Shown here: piece after piece, positions 34,057-45,051 of the stretch
How positions within the stretch are numbered: position 1 is the first letter of the stretch
Layout of the letters: each line of letters starts with the position of its first letter
NCBI GenBank assembly: GCA_000965745.1
Contig: CP009479.1
Location: 1,792,001 to 1,856,000 of the forward strand
DNA from: an uncultured archaeon
GTDB taxonomy: Archaea; Thermoplasmatota; Thermoplasmata; Thermoplasmatales; Thermoplasmataceae
Reading direction: 5' to 3'
Length of the DNA stretch: 64,000 nt
The notes under the pieces: model-generated
Seen by the model: only the letters and a program-made list of their open reading frames with translations
What the model was told of the DNA's origin: nothing
The model's database searches: none
Made by a program: the position numbers and the translations under genes

Positions 34057-35004
34057 TCATACAGTGTACTTGGGCCGATTGCCTTTTAGAGCCTCGATGA
34101 GGTTGGTTACAGCGAGTTCAGCCATCTTATCCCGTGTCTCAATGGTGGCACTGCCAAGATGAGGTGACAACACGATATTCTCGAGGTTGACGAGAGGGCT
34201 GTCTAAATTGACTGGCTCTTCAGTGTATACATCAAGGGCCGCCCCAGCAATGTTGCCTCCTTTGAGAGCTTCATAAAGGGCAATTTCATCCACAACCGGC
34301 CCTCTAGATATGTTGACAAGGATCGCGTCGTTTTTCATTGCATCAAGGGCAGCCTTGTCTATGGAGTTCCTTGTTTCTTCATTAAGTGATACAGTCACGA
34401 CCAGGAAGTCGCTCTCTGAAAGAAGCTTCTTGAAATCCACATATTCGGCGAAGCCGACGCGCTTGTCAGTCCTGCTGTAATATATTACGTTCATGCTGAA
34501 AGCCCTGGCCCTTTCAGCAACAGCTTTTCCAATTCGCCCAAGGCCATAAATCCCAAGTGTCTTTCCTGAGACTTCCAGGCCAAGCATGAAGTCCGGTTTC
34601 CATTTCTCCTTCCAGCCCTTGTTCCTGACCAACCTGTCCCCTTCAACAATCCTTCTAGCTGCAGACAGGAGCAATGCCATTCCCATGTCGGCAGTCGAGT
34701 CGGTAAGGACGTCAGGGGTGTTGGATACAACAATACCATTTTTCCTGGCGTATTCTGCATCAATGTGATCATACCCCACGCTCATTGTGCTGATCGCTTT
34801 GAGTCCCTTTCCAGCTTCAATCAATTCCCTGTCCACTGAATCGGTAAGCATTACGATTGCGCCATCTTTTCCCTTGACGTTTGAAATCAGCCATTCCCTG
34901 TCAGCGGGTGCATCTTTTTGCCATAGCGTAACATCAGCAAACTCTTTGAGTCTTTCAATCCACTTGCCGGAAAAATTCCTGGTGACAATGACCTTAGGCT
35001 TCAT
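34057..35004 (-). CDS. gyaR: Glyoxylate/hydroxypyruvate reductase (D-2-hydroxyacid dehydrogenase)
   Basis: SVGYDHID, NTPDVLT, GLGRIG, NISRG, LDVYTEEP, PHLGSAT. Confidence 0.88.
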   Translation of the reverse strand: MKPKVIVTRNFSGKWIERLKEFADVTLWQKDAPADREWLISNVKGKDGAIVMLTDSVDRELIEAGKGLKAISTMSVGYDHIDAEYARKNGIVVSNTPDVLTDSTADMGMALLLSAARRIVEGDRLVRNKGWKEKWKPDFMLGLEVSGKTLGIYGLGRIGKAVAERARAFSMNVIYYSRTDKRVGFAEYVDFKKLLSESDFLVVTVSLNEETRNSIDKAALDAMKNDAILVNISRGPVVDEIALYEALKGGNIAGAALDVYTEEPVNLDSPLVNLENIVLSPHLGSATIETRDKMAELAVTNLIEALKGNRPKYTV

Positions 35005-35112
35005 AACTCTCCATGATCAGGATTTAGATTAATTAATACATCGTGGCTCTTTTCTATAATACCTATTTTACTGCAGAAGCAATCAATTTAATATGAAAAG
35101 AAATGTCGGTTT

Positions 35113-35988
35113 ATGAGATTCGCATTTGTACGCGTTAAAAATCACACTGAGCTGGCTGTTGCGACGGGAGAAGGCCTTGTTCCCCTAAACACTATCACAA
35201 TCAAGGGCCTTGAGAATGTCAGGCTAACAATAAGCTCGTTGATGAAGAACCCGTATTATATCGATCTCATAGATGATGCTCTGTGTGAAGTCAATGGTGA
35301 GCTGGAATACCTCAGGGAGGGTGAGTACAAGTTTGATTCAGCCGTTGGCAAGCCTGAGAAGATTATATGTCTGGGCCACAACTACAAGGAGCATGTGGGC
35401 GAGCTGAAGAAGAAACTGCCCGAAAACCCCATTCTCTTTAGCAAGTTCAACAACAGCCTTGCCGGGCACGAGGAGGAAATACCCCTGCCGGAGAACAGCT
35501 CCCAGATAGATTATGAAGGAGAGCTTGGAATTGTCATCGGGAAGGCTGCATATAATGTCTCTGAAGATAAGGCCCTGGATCATGTTTTCGGATATTTCAT
35601 TGCAAACGATGTTTCAGCAAGGGACCTCCAGTTCAGAACTGAGCAATGGCTCCTGGGAAAGACCTGCGAGAAATTCTTTCCAAACGGCCCTTTCCTTGTC
35701 ACGTCTGATGAGGTTCGCGATCCTCAAAACCTTTCCATCAAGACCCGTGTAAATGGTGAAGTGAGGCAAAATTCCAACACCTCCCGGATGATATTTTCCT
35801 GCAGCAGGATAATAAGCTACATTTCGAAGTACATTCCTCTCAAGCCGGGGGATGTCATATCGACTGGAACCCCTGAAGGAGTCATAGTTGGCATGCCTGC
35901 AGAAAAGAGAAAGTGGCTAAAGAACGGAGATATTGTGGAAGTTGAGATCGAGAAACTGGGAACACTGAGAAACAGGTTTGTGTCCTGA
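35113..35988 (+). CDS. Fumarylacetoacetate hydrolase family protein
   Basis: CLGHNY, DYEGEL, NDVSARD, GDVISTGTP. Confidence 0.93.
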   Translation: MRFAFVRVKNHTELAVATGEGLVPLNTITIKGLENVRLTISSLMKNPYYIDLIDDALCEVNGELEYLREGEYKFDSAVGKPEKIICLGHNYKEHVGELKKKLPENPILFSKFNNSLAGHEEEIPLPENSSQIDYEGELGIVIGKAAYNVSEDKALDHVFGYFIANDVSARDLQFRTEQWLLGKTCEKFFPNGPFLVTSDEVRDPQNLSIKTRVNGEVRQNSNTSRMIFSCSRIISYISKYIPLKPGDVISTGTPEGVIVGMPAEKRKWLKNGDIVEVEIEKLGTLRNRFVS

Positions 35989-36068
35989 TTCTCTGACCGG
36001 GGCGGTGCAAAGGCACTTCCTCTGTGCTGCTGCGCGGGAATGGGTTTGTGTCCAGTTATTGTTCCCGG

Positions 36069-36431
36069 TTACAGGCTGCTGAGATATTCCTTCGGAGTCA
36101 TGCGCCCCTCGGTCGGATATTCGGACTCCACCCACTCCTTTATTCCACCTTCATATGCCAGAACTTCGAACCCTCGGCCCATCATCAAAGCAGCGGCCTT
36201 TCTTGAGGCGCCACAGTTGTAGCTTGCACAGTATATTACAAGTTTCTTGTTCTTATCTATACTGTCGAATTCACCATTCTCAAGTTTATCATAAGGTGCG
36301 GAGAGGGAGTTTTTAATGTGAATCATTTCGTAAGAATGGCTTGCAAGAACGTTCAAGAGCACAACATCTTCTGAATCAAGCAGTTTCAGTAGTTCTTCTT
36401 TCTGTATCGTGGGAATGTTCTCCAGATCCAT
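36069..36431 (-). CDS. Rhodanese-like domain protein
   Basis: HIKNS, IYCASYNC, YEGGIKEW. Confidence 0.85.
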   Translation of the reverse strand: MDLENIPTIQKEELLKLLDSEDVVLLNVLASHSYEMIHIKNSLSAPYDKLENGEFDSIDKNKKLVIYCASYNCGASRKAAALMMGRGFEVLAYEGGIKEWVESEYPTEGRMTPKEYLSSL

Positions 36432-36564
36432 GCATGGTTATTGCCATAGATTGAAATATTCTTTTCCATACTTTTCCTCTTCGGATACCTGGGGCTTCCC
36501 GGGCATTTTCCAATTAATGATCCACGCTGCAACAGAAATTTAAATGTTGTATCATTTCAGTCAT

Positions 36565-36870
36565 ATGGCTGAGTTCAATTGCTATGTGTGTTCCAAGAAA
36601 GTACTGACTGGAGAGAAGTTCACATTTACCAAGGATGGAGCTGTTCATTTTGACTGCTTTGTCTCTAAGAAGAGAAGTGAGATAGAAGAGTCCAAAGTGG
36701 AACAGCTTAGAGTTCTTTCACTCGTCCTCGATTCAGAGCTTCAGCACCTCCTAAATGTTCTCGGTGTTCAGCAGAATGGCCCGGAAATCCAGAAAGAGAA
36801 CATCAGGCTGAAGTACAAAGATGTGGAAAAAGCTGCTGGAGAAACTACTAAACTGATAAGCTCTCTCTGA
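36565..36870 (+). CDS. DUF2175-like archaeal zinc-binding protein
   Basis: CYVC..GEKFTFTK.GAVHFDC, E..AGE.T motifs. Confidence 0.7.
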   Translation: MAEFNCYVCSKKVLTGEKFTFTKDGAVHFDCFVSKKRSEIEESKVEQLRVLSLVLDSELQHLLNVLGVQQNGPEIQKENIRLKYKDVEKAAGETTKLISSL

Positions 36871-36871
36871 T

Positions 36872-37522
36872 TTACAGAGGGTTGCCGCAGTTGGGGCAAA
36901 ATTTCATGCCGGCATCGACCGATGTACCACATTTTTTGCATTTGCTTGAAGCTTTCGCCGGATATTCCTTTTCGGATACCTGAAGGTCGGTTTCACCTGA
37001 TTCCTCGTATTCGGCATCAACATATTCATCATCGGTCGGCTGCATCTGCTTTTTTCGGTCGCCCATGTACACGTTGCCGATGTTAGCCTTGGGGGACTTA
37101 GCCTTGGCCAACTCCACCTCTTTCTTGTACGCTTCTTCTTTTTCCCTTCTTTCCTGTTCTTCCTTGAATCTCTTGGAATCGCTTATCCATTCCCTTATGG
37201 TCCTATCCCATTTTACGGGGTCGTCAACGATGAAATTTGCGTGTTCCTCACCCTTGTCCGTCTTATAATCCAGGGTGAGTGTCTTCTTAGTCATAAGCTT
37301 GAATCTTGGAACGGCAGTTGAAACGTTCATTATGGCATCGAGGCGTATGTCGATCATGGTTACTGGCGCAGATGCCCTGAGAAAGCCCCTCTTGCCCTTG
37401 AGTTCGTATATGAATCGCCTGTCGGTCAGGTACAGCATACCCTCGGATATTTGCACACCTTCTTTTATCTGCTTTGTCTCTTCTTTCAGGATTTCGTGTT
37501 CATTAGGTTCGTAAACAGGCAT
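36872..37522 (-). CDS. PH/GRAM-like domain, coiled coil and C-terminal zinc ribbon protein
   Basis: GMLYLTDRRFIY; CKKCG..FCPNCG. Confidence 0.75.
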   Translation of the reverse strand: MPVYEPNEHEILKEETKQIKEGVQISEGMLYLTDRRFIYELKGKRGFLRASAPVTMIDIRLDAIMNVSTAVPRFKLMTKKTLTLDYKTDKGEEHANFIVDDPVKWDRTIREWISDSKRFKEEQERREKEEAYKKEVELAKAKSPKANIGNVYMGDRKKQMQPTDDEYVDAEYEESGETDLQVSEKEYPAKASSKCKKCGTSVDAGMKFCPNCGNPL

Positions 37523-37703
37523 CTGAATGGTAATTTATATGCGCTATAAAACTTTTCACTGGAGAGACCATTTTTCATTTGCTCTTCCGATTAAGATGTT
37601 ATGCTTTCAATCGGAGAGGATAATGGCTGTTGCAACCCGAAATTTCATTCGATTCGCATATCAGCACAATAAAAATGAAATATAACCAGTTTCTTATCGC
37701 ATC

Positions 37704-39803
37704 ATGCCTAAGGCGAGAATTCGGCGTATGGTTTACATGTCAGCTGCGATTCTGCTTGCTCTCCTTATATTGACATCACCGGCATTAGTTTATTTTCAAA
37801 ACGGTTCAGGATTAAATATCCATTCTGCGAAGAAAAACTCCCAGCAAAGCAGTGCTGACTCGATCCCGGCACATTCAGTAAATTCAGCCACTGGCCCGGA
37901 AAGTGGCTACCATGTTTCACTGTCAAAATTCTATAACAGCGGGCCTGCGCCTATGGGCATTGCCGACTACGGGTACAGCTCACAGTCAGGCGCATACAGA
38001 TACAACTCAACTTCATTCCTGGGGACTTTGAAACTGAACAGCATGTATGTGTACAATTCCACATCCGGCAGTACGGGTTCTGCCTTTCAGCTGAACCTGA
38101 TGCTGAACTTTTCGGCCGGTGGCAACTCTTACACATACTGGATCCAGGATGTAGCAGCCATTAATTCCGGTTCAAATGGAAAATCTCAGTACATTTCATT
38201 CATCGACAATGTGTGGAATTTTTCTTCAAGCCACTCCACAAGCATATACCCTTCCAGCCTGCGTGGGAATGGTAGCGTCTATCAGAACACCCTGTACTAT
38301 GCCTATGCGTCAAATGGGCTCGCCGGAAGCAACATAACCGTATCAGCCCCCGTGAAGATTGAGCTCAAAGCTGATTCGAACTTAATTGCAGGAGTGCCTG
38401 AAGTCTCTCTGATGTACAACGATGGATACGGGTGGGTAACTTATGATAACATCTACTTCACTTTTGCATCAGGTGCTTCTTCAGATTCGGGTTTCGTGGT
38501 TTCTGGCTATTCGTATAACAAACTGGGATTATATTATGACGCTGAACTGATACTTGGTGGACCCGGGAACGGGAGCAGCACCAAACTTCAATCCGGTTCA
38601 GTGGACTTCAGCCTGCAATACTGGAATGGGCACAATTACCAGTTCGTGCCAAATGCCTGGAATTATGGGTCTGATACTGCCGAAACAATTTACGGATCGA
38701 ATCTCAGTTTCCTGCCCTCGACCAGGAATGCGTCTCTGTACTCTTCAATGTCGACAGGGGTGGAAACCCTTGGGCAGCTGTATTCATCGGGTTCGGTAGG
38801 TGATGTCAATATTTCACTTCCGTACAGTTCGGGAACTGCGTATGTGAACAACGCAGAGTATAACTACACCAATTACGGGCTTAATCTGACGTTGATGCCC
38901 GGTGTTTACAATGTTACTATTTCCCCGGCATCTAAAAATGAAACTCTCAAAGGTTCTTTCTCAATTAGGCCAGGTCAGTATCTGAGTCTTAACCAGTCGT
39001 ACTTTGGGAAGAAATATACCGTGAAGCTCAATGAGACCGGACTTGAGGCAGGGACCCCATGGACCGTCGTGTTTGCCAATGGAACCCTTGTGAGCTCTGA
39101 CTTGCCTACTATTGCCATTTATTTGCAAAACGGGACTTACACACTGATACCAAATTCGACCGCCGGGTACAGATACACAGGACCGCCCCTTATAGTAACC
39201 GTGGATGGATCAAACCAGAGCATGTACGTTAACTTCAGCAGGCTTTACAAGATAACCTTCAATCAAACTGGCCTGCATGGAGTGGAATGGTTTGTAAATC
39301 TGAGCGGGAATGTGAGTTACGAACTTGGGGATTCGATTTCATTCAATCTTACTAATGGAACTTACAATTACTCGGTCATTCACATAAAAGGTTACACAAC
39401 ATCACCGGATAAGGGCATTTTAACAGTCAATGGTTCCGCAGCCAACCTTACCATAAGATTCATCCAGTCAGCCTATACTGTTACTGTCAAGGAGCACGGA
39501 CTTCCGGACGGATACAACTGGTCATTGTTTATCGATGGAAGCTGGCATTATTCCAATGACTCGATCCTGATATTAAACCTGTCAAACGGCACATACGCCT
39601 TTGCGGCATACGGTTTGAACGGTTCTTACACCATAAAGGGAAGTAATGCCACAATTTCTGTAGCGGGCAGTAATGAGACTGTCGGGATAACATTCATCAG
39701 CGCATACAACAGCGGCATAAATCTGGATTACAAACTAATCTATGTTGTATTTCTGGCAGCAGTTTCAATAAGCGGAACAATAGCGATCAGGAGGAGACAA
39801 TAA
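37704..39803 (+). CDS. Thermopsin-family (A5) acid protease with C-terminal ETGL-type repeats and membrane anchor
   Basis: PAPMGIADYG, QLN, YWIQD, DNVWN, DAELILGGPGNG, GSDTAE; three (E/Q)(T/H)GL..W repeats; TM plus RRRQ tail. Confidence 0.92.
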   Translation: MPKARIRRMVYMSAAILLALLILTSPALVYFQNGSGLNIHSAKKNSQQSSADSIPAHSVNSATGPESGYHVSLSKFYNSGPAPMGIADYGYSSQSGAYRYNSTSFLGTLKLNSMYVYNSTSGSTGSAFQLNLMLNFSAGGNSYTYWIQDVAAINSGSNGKSQYISFIDNVWNFSSSHSTSIYPSSLRGNGSVYQNTLYYAYASNGLAGSNITVSAPVKIELKADSNLIAGVPEVSLMYNDGYGWVTYDNIYFTFASGASSDSGFVVSGYSYNKLGLYYDAELILGGPGNGSSTKLQSGSVDFSLQYWNGHNYQFVPNAWNYGSDTAETIYGSNLSFLPSTRNASLYSSMSTGVETLGQLYSSGSVGDVNISLPYSSGTAYVNNAEYNYTNYGLNLTLMPGVYNVTISPASKNETLKGSFSIRPGQYLSLNQSYFGKKYTVKLNETGLEAGTPWTVVFANGTLVSSDLPTIAIYLQNGTYTLIPNSTAGYRYTGPPLIVTVDGSNQSMYVNFSRLYKITFNQTGLHGVEWFVNLSGNVSYELGDSISFNLTNGTYNYSVIHIKGYTTSPDKGILTVNGSAANLTIRFIQSAYTVTVKEHGLPDGYNWSLFIDGSWHYSNDSILILNLSNGTYAFAAYGLNGSYTIKGSNATISVAGSNETVGITFISAYNSGINLDYKLIYVVFLAAVSISGTIAIRRRQ

Positions 39804-39857
39804 GAATTGCTTGCCGGTAGCAGAGCGGGAAAGCCTCCCGAAAGGGCGGGGAGGATT

Positions 39858-40235
39858 TCACTCTGCACAAGCCGTGATATCAAGTTCAACCAGCACTTCC
39901 GGAAGCGTGAAGGCACAGACAACAGTTGTTCTGGCCGGGGCCCCTTCTCCAAAAGTGGATTGAAAGGCGTTGTTCAATTCGGGAAAATACTCATTGCTGG
40001 AAAGATACGCTGTCAGCTTCAGTGTATGATCCTTAAGTTCTGAGCCCAAATTTCTGAGGATCTTGTCCGCGCGGCCAATGATGGTTTCCCACTGTTCCAT
40101 GAAAGTTTTCTGTTCCCCCTTCGAAACACCCACCAGCCCGGACAAATACGCAATGCCGTTATACACAACAGCCTGGGAATATGGGCCACCTCTGGGCATT
40201 CCTTCAATATTTACTCTCCTCGGATCTCTTGCCAT
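39858..40235 (-). CDS. RidA/YjgF family protein
   Basis: GPYSQAV, YLSG, PARTTV, VELD. Confidence 0.9.
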   Translation of the reverse strand: MARDPRRVNIEGMPRGGPYSQAVVYNGIAYLSGLVGVSKGEQKTFMEQWETIIGRADKILRNLGSELKDHTLKLTAYLSSNEYFPELNNAFQSTFGEGAPARTTVVCAFTLPEVLVELDITACAE

Positions 40236-40250
40236 ATTGCAGAAGCGTTG

Positions 40251-42077
40251 CTAATATGATGAATCTTTTGGAAGCACTTGATCCTGGATCTTTGGTTTGG
40301 CTGCACCTTTCAAATACCTGTCAAACCATTCCAGCTTGATGAGAAGTGCATCCATTCGGTTCAGGGGGTTCTCCCTGTTGGCCAGTTCATGGCTTTCCCC
40401 CTGCAGTCTTACGAATACTGTGTCAACCCCGTAGAATTTCAACGCCGTGAAAAACTGCTCAGATTGCTCAATTGGGCAGCGATGATCCTCCTCACCGTGT
40501 ATCAGAAGGGTCGGAGTCCGGACGTTCTTCACGTATGATATGGGTGATCGCTCCATGAATTTTGAGATCGAGTCTGCCGACCATGGGTCAGAACTTCCAA
40601 TTTCTTCGGGCCCGTCAAACCAGTACCCTATATCGCTGGTTCCAACAGAACTTAGCAGGTTTGAGACCCCCTTTTCTGAGACTGCTGCATCAAACTCCCA
40701 GGTCTGAGTTACAAGCCAGTTAACCATGTAACCGCCGTATGATATCCCCTTGATACCTGTTTTCCCAGTTAACCCGTATTGTTTCCTGGCGCTGGCAAGA
40801 AAGCGCATGATATCCCTGCTGTCCTCTCCTCCCCAGTCCCCAATGCTACCCTTGACAAAGGCCTCTCCGTACCCTGTGCTACCCCTGGGATTGCAGTACA
40901 GAATGTTATAGCCCCTGCTGGAAAAGTACTGCATCTCAATTGTGTAAACAGGACCGAAAGCACTATGTGGGCCACCGTGAATGAAAAGTATTGACGGGCT
41001 TAGTTCCCCTGAAAATATGACCCAACCTTCAATGCTCCCTGCCCATATGTTATCCGCACTCTTTCCCCTGAATCCACTGTTGGGGTCATAATCCCCGAAA
41101 GGTGATACGATAACTGATGGAATGTCTGCCTGTGAATAGCTGTATGAGACCTTTCCTCCTGCAGCGTCAAAATGCCTGACTGAACGGTTTTCAGGCGTTA
41201 TTCTCCTGATCGCATTCTGGCGCAGCTCGAACACCGAGGTTACCCCGCCCTTCTGGCCCATTACGAAAACGGACCCGTGGTCCCATCTTACCTTTGCTTC
41301 GCTGTCGTCAAACATGTCTGTGCTGATCGAACTTCCAGCGGTACTGGCGATGTTGAACTCAAGCCTAGGCTCAAGAAGATACAGTTTCTTTGGTGCCCAG
41401 TCCTTTGCACCCTGCCTGTGACCGATATATGCAACCTCTCCGCCGTCTGATACATCAAATGAATCTATTGAACCTCTGCCGCGTGTCAGTTTTGCCATGT
41501 TGCCGTTCTCAAAATCCAATTCGTACAGGTCGGTCAAGCCTAGATCATCGTTCAAGTGTGCACATGATACTATTATGCGTGAACCATTGCTCCTCACATC
41601 GGCAACATCATAGGAGCCGGAGATCATTTTCCTCGTCCCCGTTGAGTTGGAAAACAGCAGTGTCCTCCTCTTCCGGAGAAGGCCGGTACTGTCATGCTTA
41701 TACCTGAGTCCGTTTATTACAAAAGGTCTCCTTGACTTGAAATTCTCGCTTACAACAGTCAGAACACCATCTCTGAACGGTATGTAATCAAGGATCTGCT
41801 TATGCCTGAATATGACCTCAGGCTCACTCATCTCTTCGAGTTTCATAACATTGTCAATGTCTGCTTCTCTGGAGAGATAATACAATGCCGACCCCAGGTG
41901 GATAGGTTTGCTCTCAGAACCGCCATGGGTTATGCGACGGACTTCCCTGTCGCTTATTGAATATATCGAAGATGCATAACGGTCCCCATCAACCCAGGTG
42001 AGAGTAAAGAAAATCCGGTCCGTTGCTGAAGAAATACCGGAAACTAGCCTTATGTTGAAAGGGTTCTCAATCTGCAC
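40251..42077 (-). CDS. S9 family acylaminoacyl/oligopeptidase
   Basis: IHGGPH, NPRGSTGYG, GISYGG, HGEEDHRC, ESH. Confidence 0.93.
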   Translation of the reverse strand: MQIENPFNIRLVSGISSATDRIFFTLTWVDGDRYASSIYSISDREVRRITHGGSESKPIHLGSALYYLSREADIDNVMKLEEMSEPEVIFRHKQILDYIPFRDGVLTVVSENFKSRRPFVINGLRYKHDSTGLLRKRRTLLFSNSTGTRKMISGSYDVADVRSNGSRIIVSCAHLNDDLGLTDLYELDFENGNMAKLTRGRGSIDSFDVSDGGEVAYIGHRQGAKDWAPKKLYLLEPRLEFNIASTAGSSISTDMFDDSEAKVRWDHGSVFVMGQKGGVTSVFELRQNAIRRITPENRSVRHFDAAGGKVSYSYSQADIPSVIVSPFGDYDPNSGFRGKSADNIWAGSIEGWVIFSGELSPSILFIHGGPHSAFGPVYTIEMQYFSSRGYNILYCNPRGSTGYGEAFVKGSIGDWGGEDSRDIMRFLASARKQYGLTGKTGIKGISYGGYMVNWLVTQTWEFDAAVSEKGVSNLLSSVGTSDIGYWFDGPEEIGSSDPWSADSISKFMERSPISYVKNVRTPTLLIHGEEDHRCPIEQSEQFFTALKFYGVDTVFVRLQGESHELANRENPLNRMDALLIKLEWFDRYLKGAAKPKIQDQVLPKDSSY

Positions 42078-42188
42078 TTGACCAGATTTTGGACCGTTAT
42101 ATAAGGACTGGGAACTGGGCTTTCAAGGCATGGTTATGCCATAGTTCCCGGGAGATTCGTCACATTTTCCAGTTGCACCCGGCCATGG

Positions 42189-43574
42189 CTAATGTGAGCT
42201 GTATTTTTCCACCCCTTCAAAATATGTTTTCAGGACCGAAAGATCGTTTCTGTCCAGTGCTACTATGTCGGATTTCTTTCCTGGCTCGAGCATGCCGGTG
42301 ATTCCCTCTAGATGTAGTGCATAGGCTGAATTTTCGGTATAGCACTTGATTGCCTGGTCGAAGCTTATCTTCTGGCCCGATGTTGGGGGTTTCATTGCCA
42401 GGTTTATTCCATACATGGGGCCAACAGGCATTGAGTCTGATCCAAACGCTACCTTGACGCCATTCTTAAGAAGGGACCCGAATCTGTTGTTCAGGCCAAT
42501 ATAACCTGAACCGAGGCGCCTCTCATACATTCCTCCCTTGAATGACCACCTCAGGAAATTTGGTTGCATGCTCACAACCATTCCCTTTTCCTCCATTTCC
42601 GTCCTGAGAGGCAGAACAAACTCATTGTGCTCGATCTTGAGCCTTCCCTTGTCGAACTTCTTGGTTGTCCGTATAACCTGGTCTATGGCCACATCACCGA
42701 TAGCATGGGTCATGACATCATTTCCGGAGCTTATAATTTCACTATAAAGTGCTTCAAGCTGTGAGTCCGAATATACCAGTGAAGGGGAGGCGTCAGAATC
42801 CCTGTAGCCGTCTGACATCACCGCTGTCCTGGCTCCGACAGAGCCATCGGCAAACAGTTTTACATGCCCCATGTACAGGTTCTCAGAGACAAGGTCTCCA
42901 GTGTTGAATCCCATTCTATGCAGGCCGATAGGGTTGAAAACGATTCTGAGTTTGTGCTGCATCTTTCTGTAATCCGCAAGAAGGTCCGGTGTTTCTATAT
43001 CAGAAATGGATGTTATTCCCTGGGAGAGGCAGTATTCTTCAGCCCTCATAATAGCCTCATTGATATCTGAACTGGGCTTGATCCTGCTCATCAGTTTGTC
43101 CAGCTCACCTTCTTTTATGACTCCGTCGGACTCCACGTGCAGGCCCAGGCCAATACTTTCCATTATGCCTTTCTTGTTCAGCACTGCCATGTGCCCATCC
43201 ACACGTATTGCAAGCACCGGATTGCCGTTGGATATTTCATCTGGTGTAAGGAACTCCTGTTTCTTCCAGAGGCTTTCATCCCAACCTCTGGAAACAACCC
43301 ATCCATTCTGGTTCGGCTTTGCCCCGGTAAGCTTGAGCAACACCTCTCGGCGAGAGAGGCCGTCAAGATCCTGAGTCATCAGTTTCAGCGCTGTACTGTA
43401 GAGATGCATATGGCTGTCGACAAAGCCCGGGACTATGACAGCACCATTCATGTCCAAGACCTGATTTCCTTTTTCTTTCCCCCCCAGTGAGATGATATTC
43501 TCATCGAATGTGATAGAATCATATTCTTCTCCACCGGAGAGTACTGTACAATTTTCAAGGGTCTTGCTGAACAT
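42189..43574 (-). CDS. Amidohydrolase (YtcJ/Amidohydro_3-like)
   Basis: PGFVDSHMH, KLFADGS, HAIGD, IEH, SMQP, GSD; ATG at 43574. Confidence 0.9.
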   Translation of the reverse strand: MFSKTLENCTVLSGGEEYDSITFDENIISLGGKEKGNQVLDMNGAVIVPGFVDSHMHLYSTALKLMTQDLDGLSRREVLLKLTGAKPNQNGWVVSRGWDESLWKKQEFLTPDEISNGNPVLAIRVDGHMAVLNKKGIMESIGLGLHVESDGVIKEGELDKLMSRIKPSSDINEAIMRAEEYCLSQGITSISDIETPDLLADYRKMQHKLRIVFNPIGLHRMGFNTGDLVSENLYMGHVKLFADGSVGARTAVMSDGYRDSDASPSLVYSDSQLEALYSEIISSGNDVMTHAIGDVAIDQVIRTTKKFDKGRLKIEHNEFVLPLRTEMEEKGMVVSMQPNFLRWSFKGGMYERRLGSGYIGLNNRFGSLLKNGVKVAFGSDSMPVGPMYGINLAMKPPTSGQKISFDQAIKCYTENSAYALHLEGITGMLEPGKKSDIVALDRNDLSVLKTYFEGVEKYSSH

Positions 43575-43685
43575 TAGATTGTTTAGACCGACAATGCCCT
43601 TAAACTGTTGCATCAGAGGATTCAGCGAAGATATTATAACTGTAAACAAATTTATCTGATTCGTTAAGAAGAGCCTGTAAAATGG

Positions 43686-43874
43686 GTGATTGATGTGGCA
43701 AAACTTAGGGAACTTGAAAAATATGAGATACGCGCACTTGATATCTGTCCTGATCCGGAATACAGAGAAAAGCTGAAACTGTGGGTACAGAAGAGGAAAG
43801 ACCCCCTGGATGATTACGGATTAAAGAAGTTGAAGGACAAGATTGACGCTTATATCAGAAGGCACAGCAGATAA
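43686..43874 (+). CDS. Small hypothetical protein
   Basis: 62-aa charged helical ORF filling an intergenic gap. Confidence 0.55.
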   Translation: MIDVAKLRELEKYEIRALDICPDPEYREKLKLWVQKRKDPLDDYGLKKLKDKIDAYIRRHSR

Positions 43875-43891
43875 GTAATTTGCTTGAATAG

Positions 43892-44926
43892 CTAGTGCGC
43901 CCCCGGAGGAAATATCACCTGGTCATATTTCAGGTAAGCTTCCTCCTCAAATCTCAGATAATCCGGATTTATCCCTTTCTGAATTGCAAGATAGTATGCC
44001 AGATAATACAATGGGACAATGTTTACCACCGGGCTGAGGGCCTCCTCGATTTCGGGCGTTCTGACCGAGAATTCGCCATCACCGTTAATGACAAGAGTTC
44101 TTGTCCCTACTTCCCTGCTTGCCCTGACAATATCCTGTGACCTTTCCATGACAGTGGGGGTCTCGATGATTATCACGAGAGAGTGTTCATCTATCACAGC
44201 TGTGCACCCATGGTTGAATTCCTCAAGCTCTATCCCCTCAGCATGGATATGGGTCGCTTCCTTGATCTTCTGGGCAGCTTCCCTGGCAATAACATAATTT
44301 GGGCCCGCACCCAGCACAAAGATATCATCAACCTCAGTGAGCTTTTTTGCAATATCCTTAATTGGCTCATCAAGGGTCTTTATTGAGGCTTCTACTGCAT
44401 CAAGCAAGGAAGTGAAATCAATCTCGAGGACGCCGTATGACGCTGCGATCTTCATGACTGCAAAGACGTTGTCGAAAAAGGTCTTCGTATTGCATAGCGA
44501 CCTGTCAGGGGAATTTCCAATAACGAGAGGGTGATCTACTGTACCGGCCATAGGGCTGTCCGGGTAATGTGTTATCCCCACGGTGCTTGCGTGTTCCTTT
44601 GCTTTCTTAAGCGCATCCATGGTAGACTTTGTTTTTCCCGTGTGTGACACGGCTATGACTGTTCCGCTGGGCTTATGGTATTTTTCAAGTTCGTACGCCT
44701 GGATCGCATGCCATTCCTTTGATGACGAACTTAGTATCTGAGCCCCGACCATTGCTGAATGGAACGCGGTCCCATTGCCGGTGAAATAAAGCGGAGACTT
44801 CAGGACCCCGTAATCGAAGTCCTTCATTCTTTCAAGGGTTGCCCTGATCCCGTTCGGGGTATCTTTCATCATATCATACATCACGAAAGGGTGTGATTTC
44901 CTTATTTCCGGGAGTTCGTCAGTCAT
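43892..44926 (-). CDS. Double-SIS-domain sugar-phosphate isomerase/deaminase (GlmS C-terminal/FrlB-like)
   Basis: GNGTAFH, SHTGKT, EAAQKIKE, EEFNHG, GINPD; no glutaminase domain. Confidence 0.88.
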   Translation of the reverse strand: MTDELPEIRKSHPFVMYDMMKDTPNGIRATLERMKDFDYGVLKSPLYFTGNGTAFHSAMVGAQILSSSSKEWHAIQAYELEKYHKPSGTVIAVSHTGKTKSTMDALKKAKEHASTVGITHYPDSPMAGTVDHPLVIGNSPDRSLCNTKTFFDNVFAVMKIAASYGVLEIDFTSLLDAVEASIKTLDEPIKDIAKKLTEVDDIFVLGAGPNYVIAREAAQKIKEATHIHAEGIELEEFNHGCTAVIDEHSLVIIIETPTVMERSQDIVRASREVGTRTLVINGDGEFSVRTPEIEEALSPVVNIVPLYYLAYYLAIQKGINPDYLRFEEEAYLKYDQVIFPPGAH

Positions 44927-45051
44927 TCGGTGATAAAGATGTTCATTTCATTTAACTTTTTGTAAGACAGGCTTTGATAACTACAGGCGTAAATCAATAA
45001 ATGTCATATTCCAGTACAGCGATACGGGTGTGATTAGGAGAACCTGAAAAA

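Noticed and set aside
39833-39854. GC-rich hairpin (CCC-GAAA-GGG core) between the convergent thermopsin and ridA genes
   Set aside because: Short and imperfect, with no U-tract; at most a 3'-end stabiliser, not enough support for a feature.
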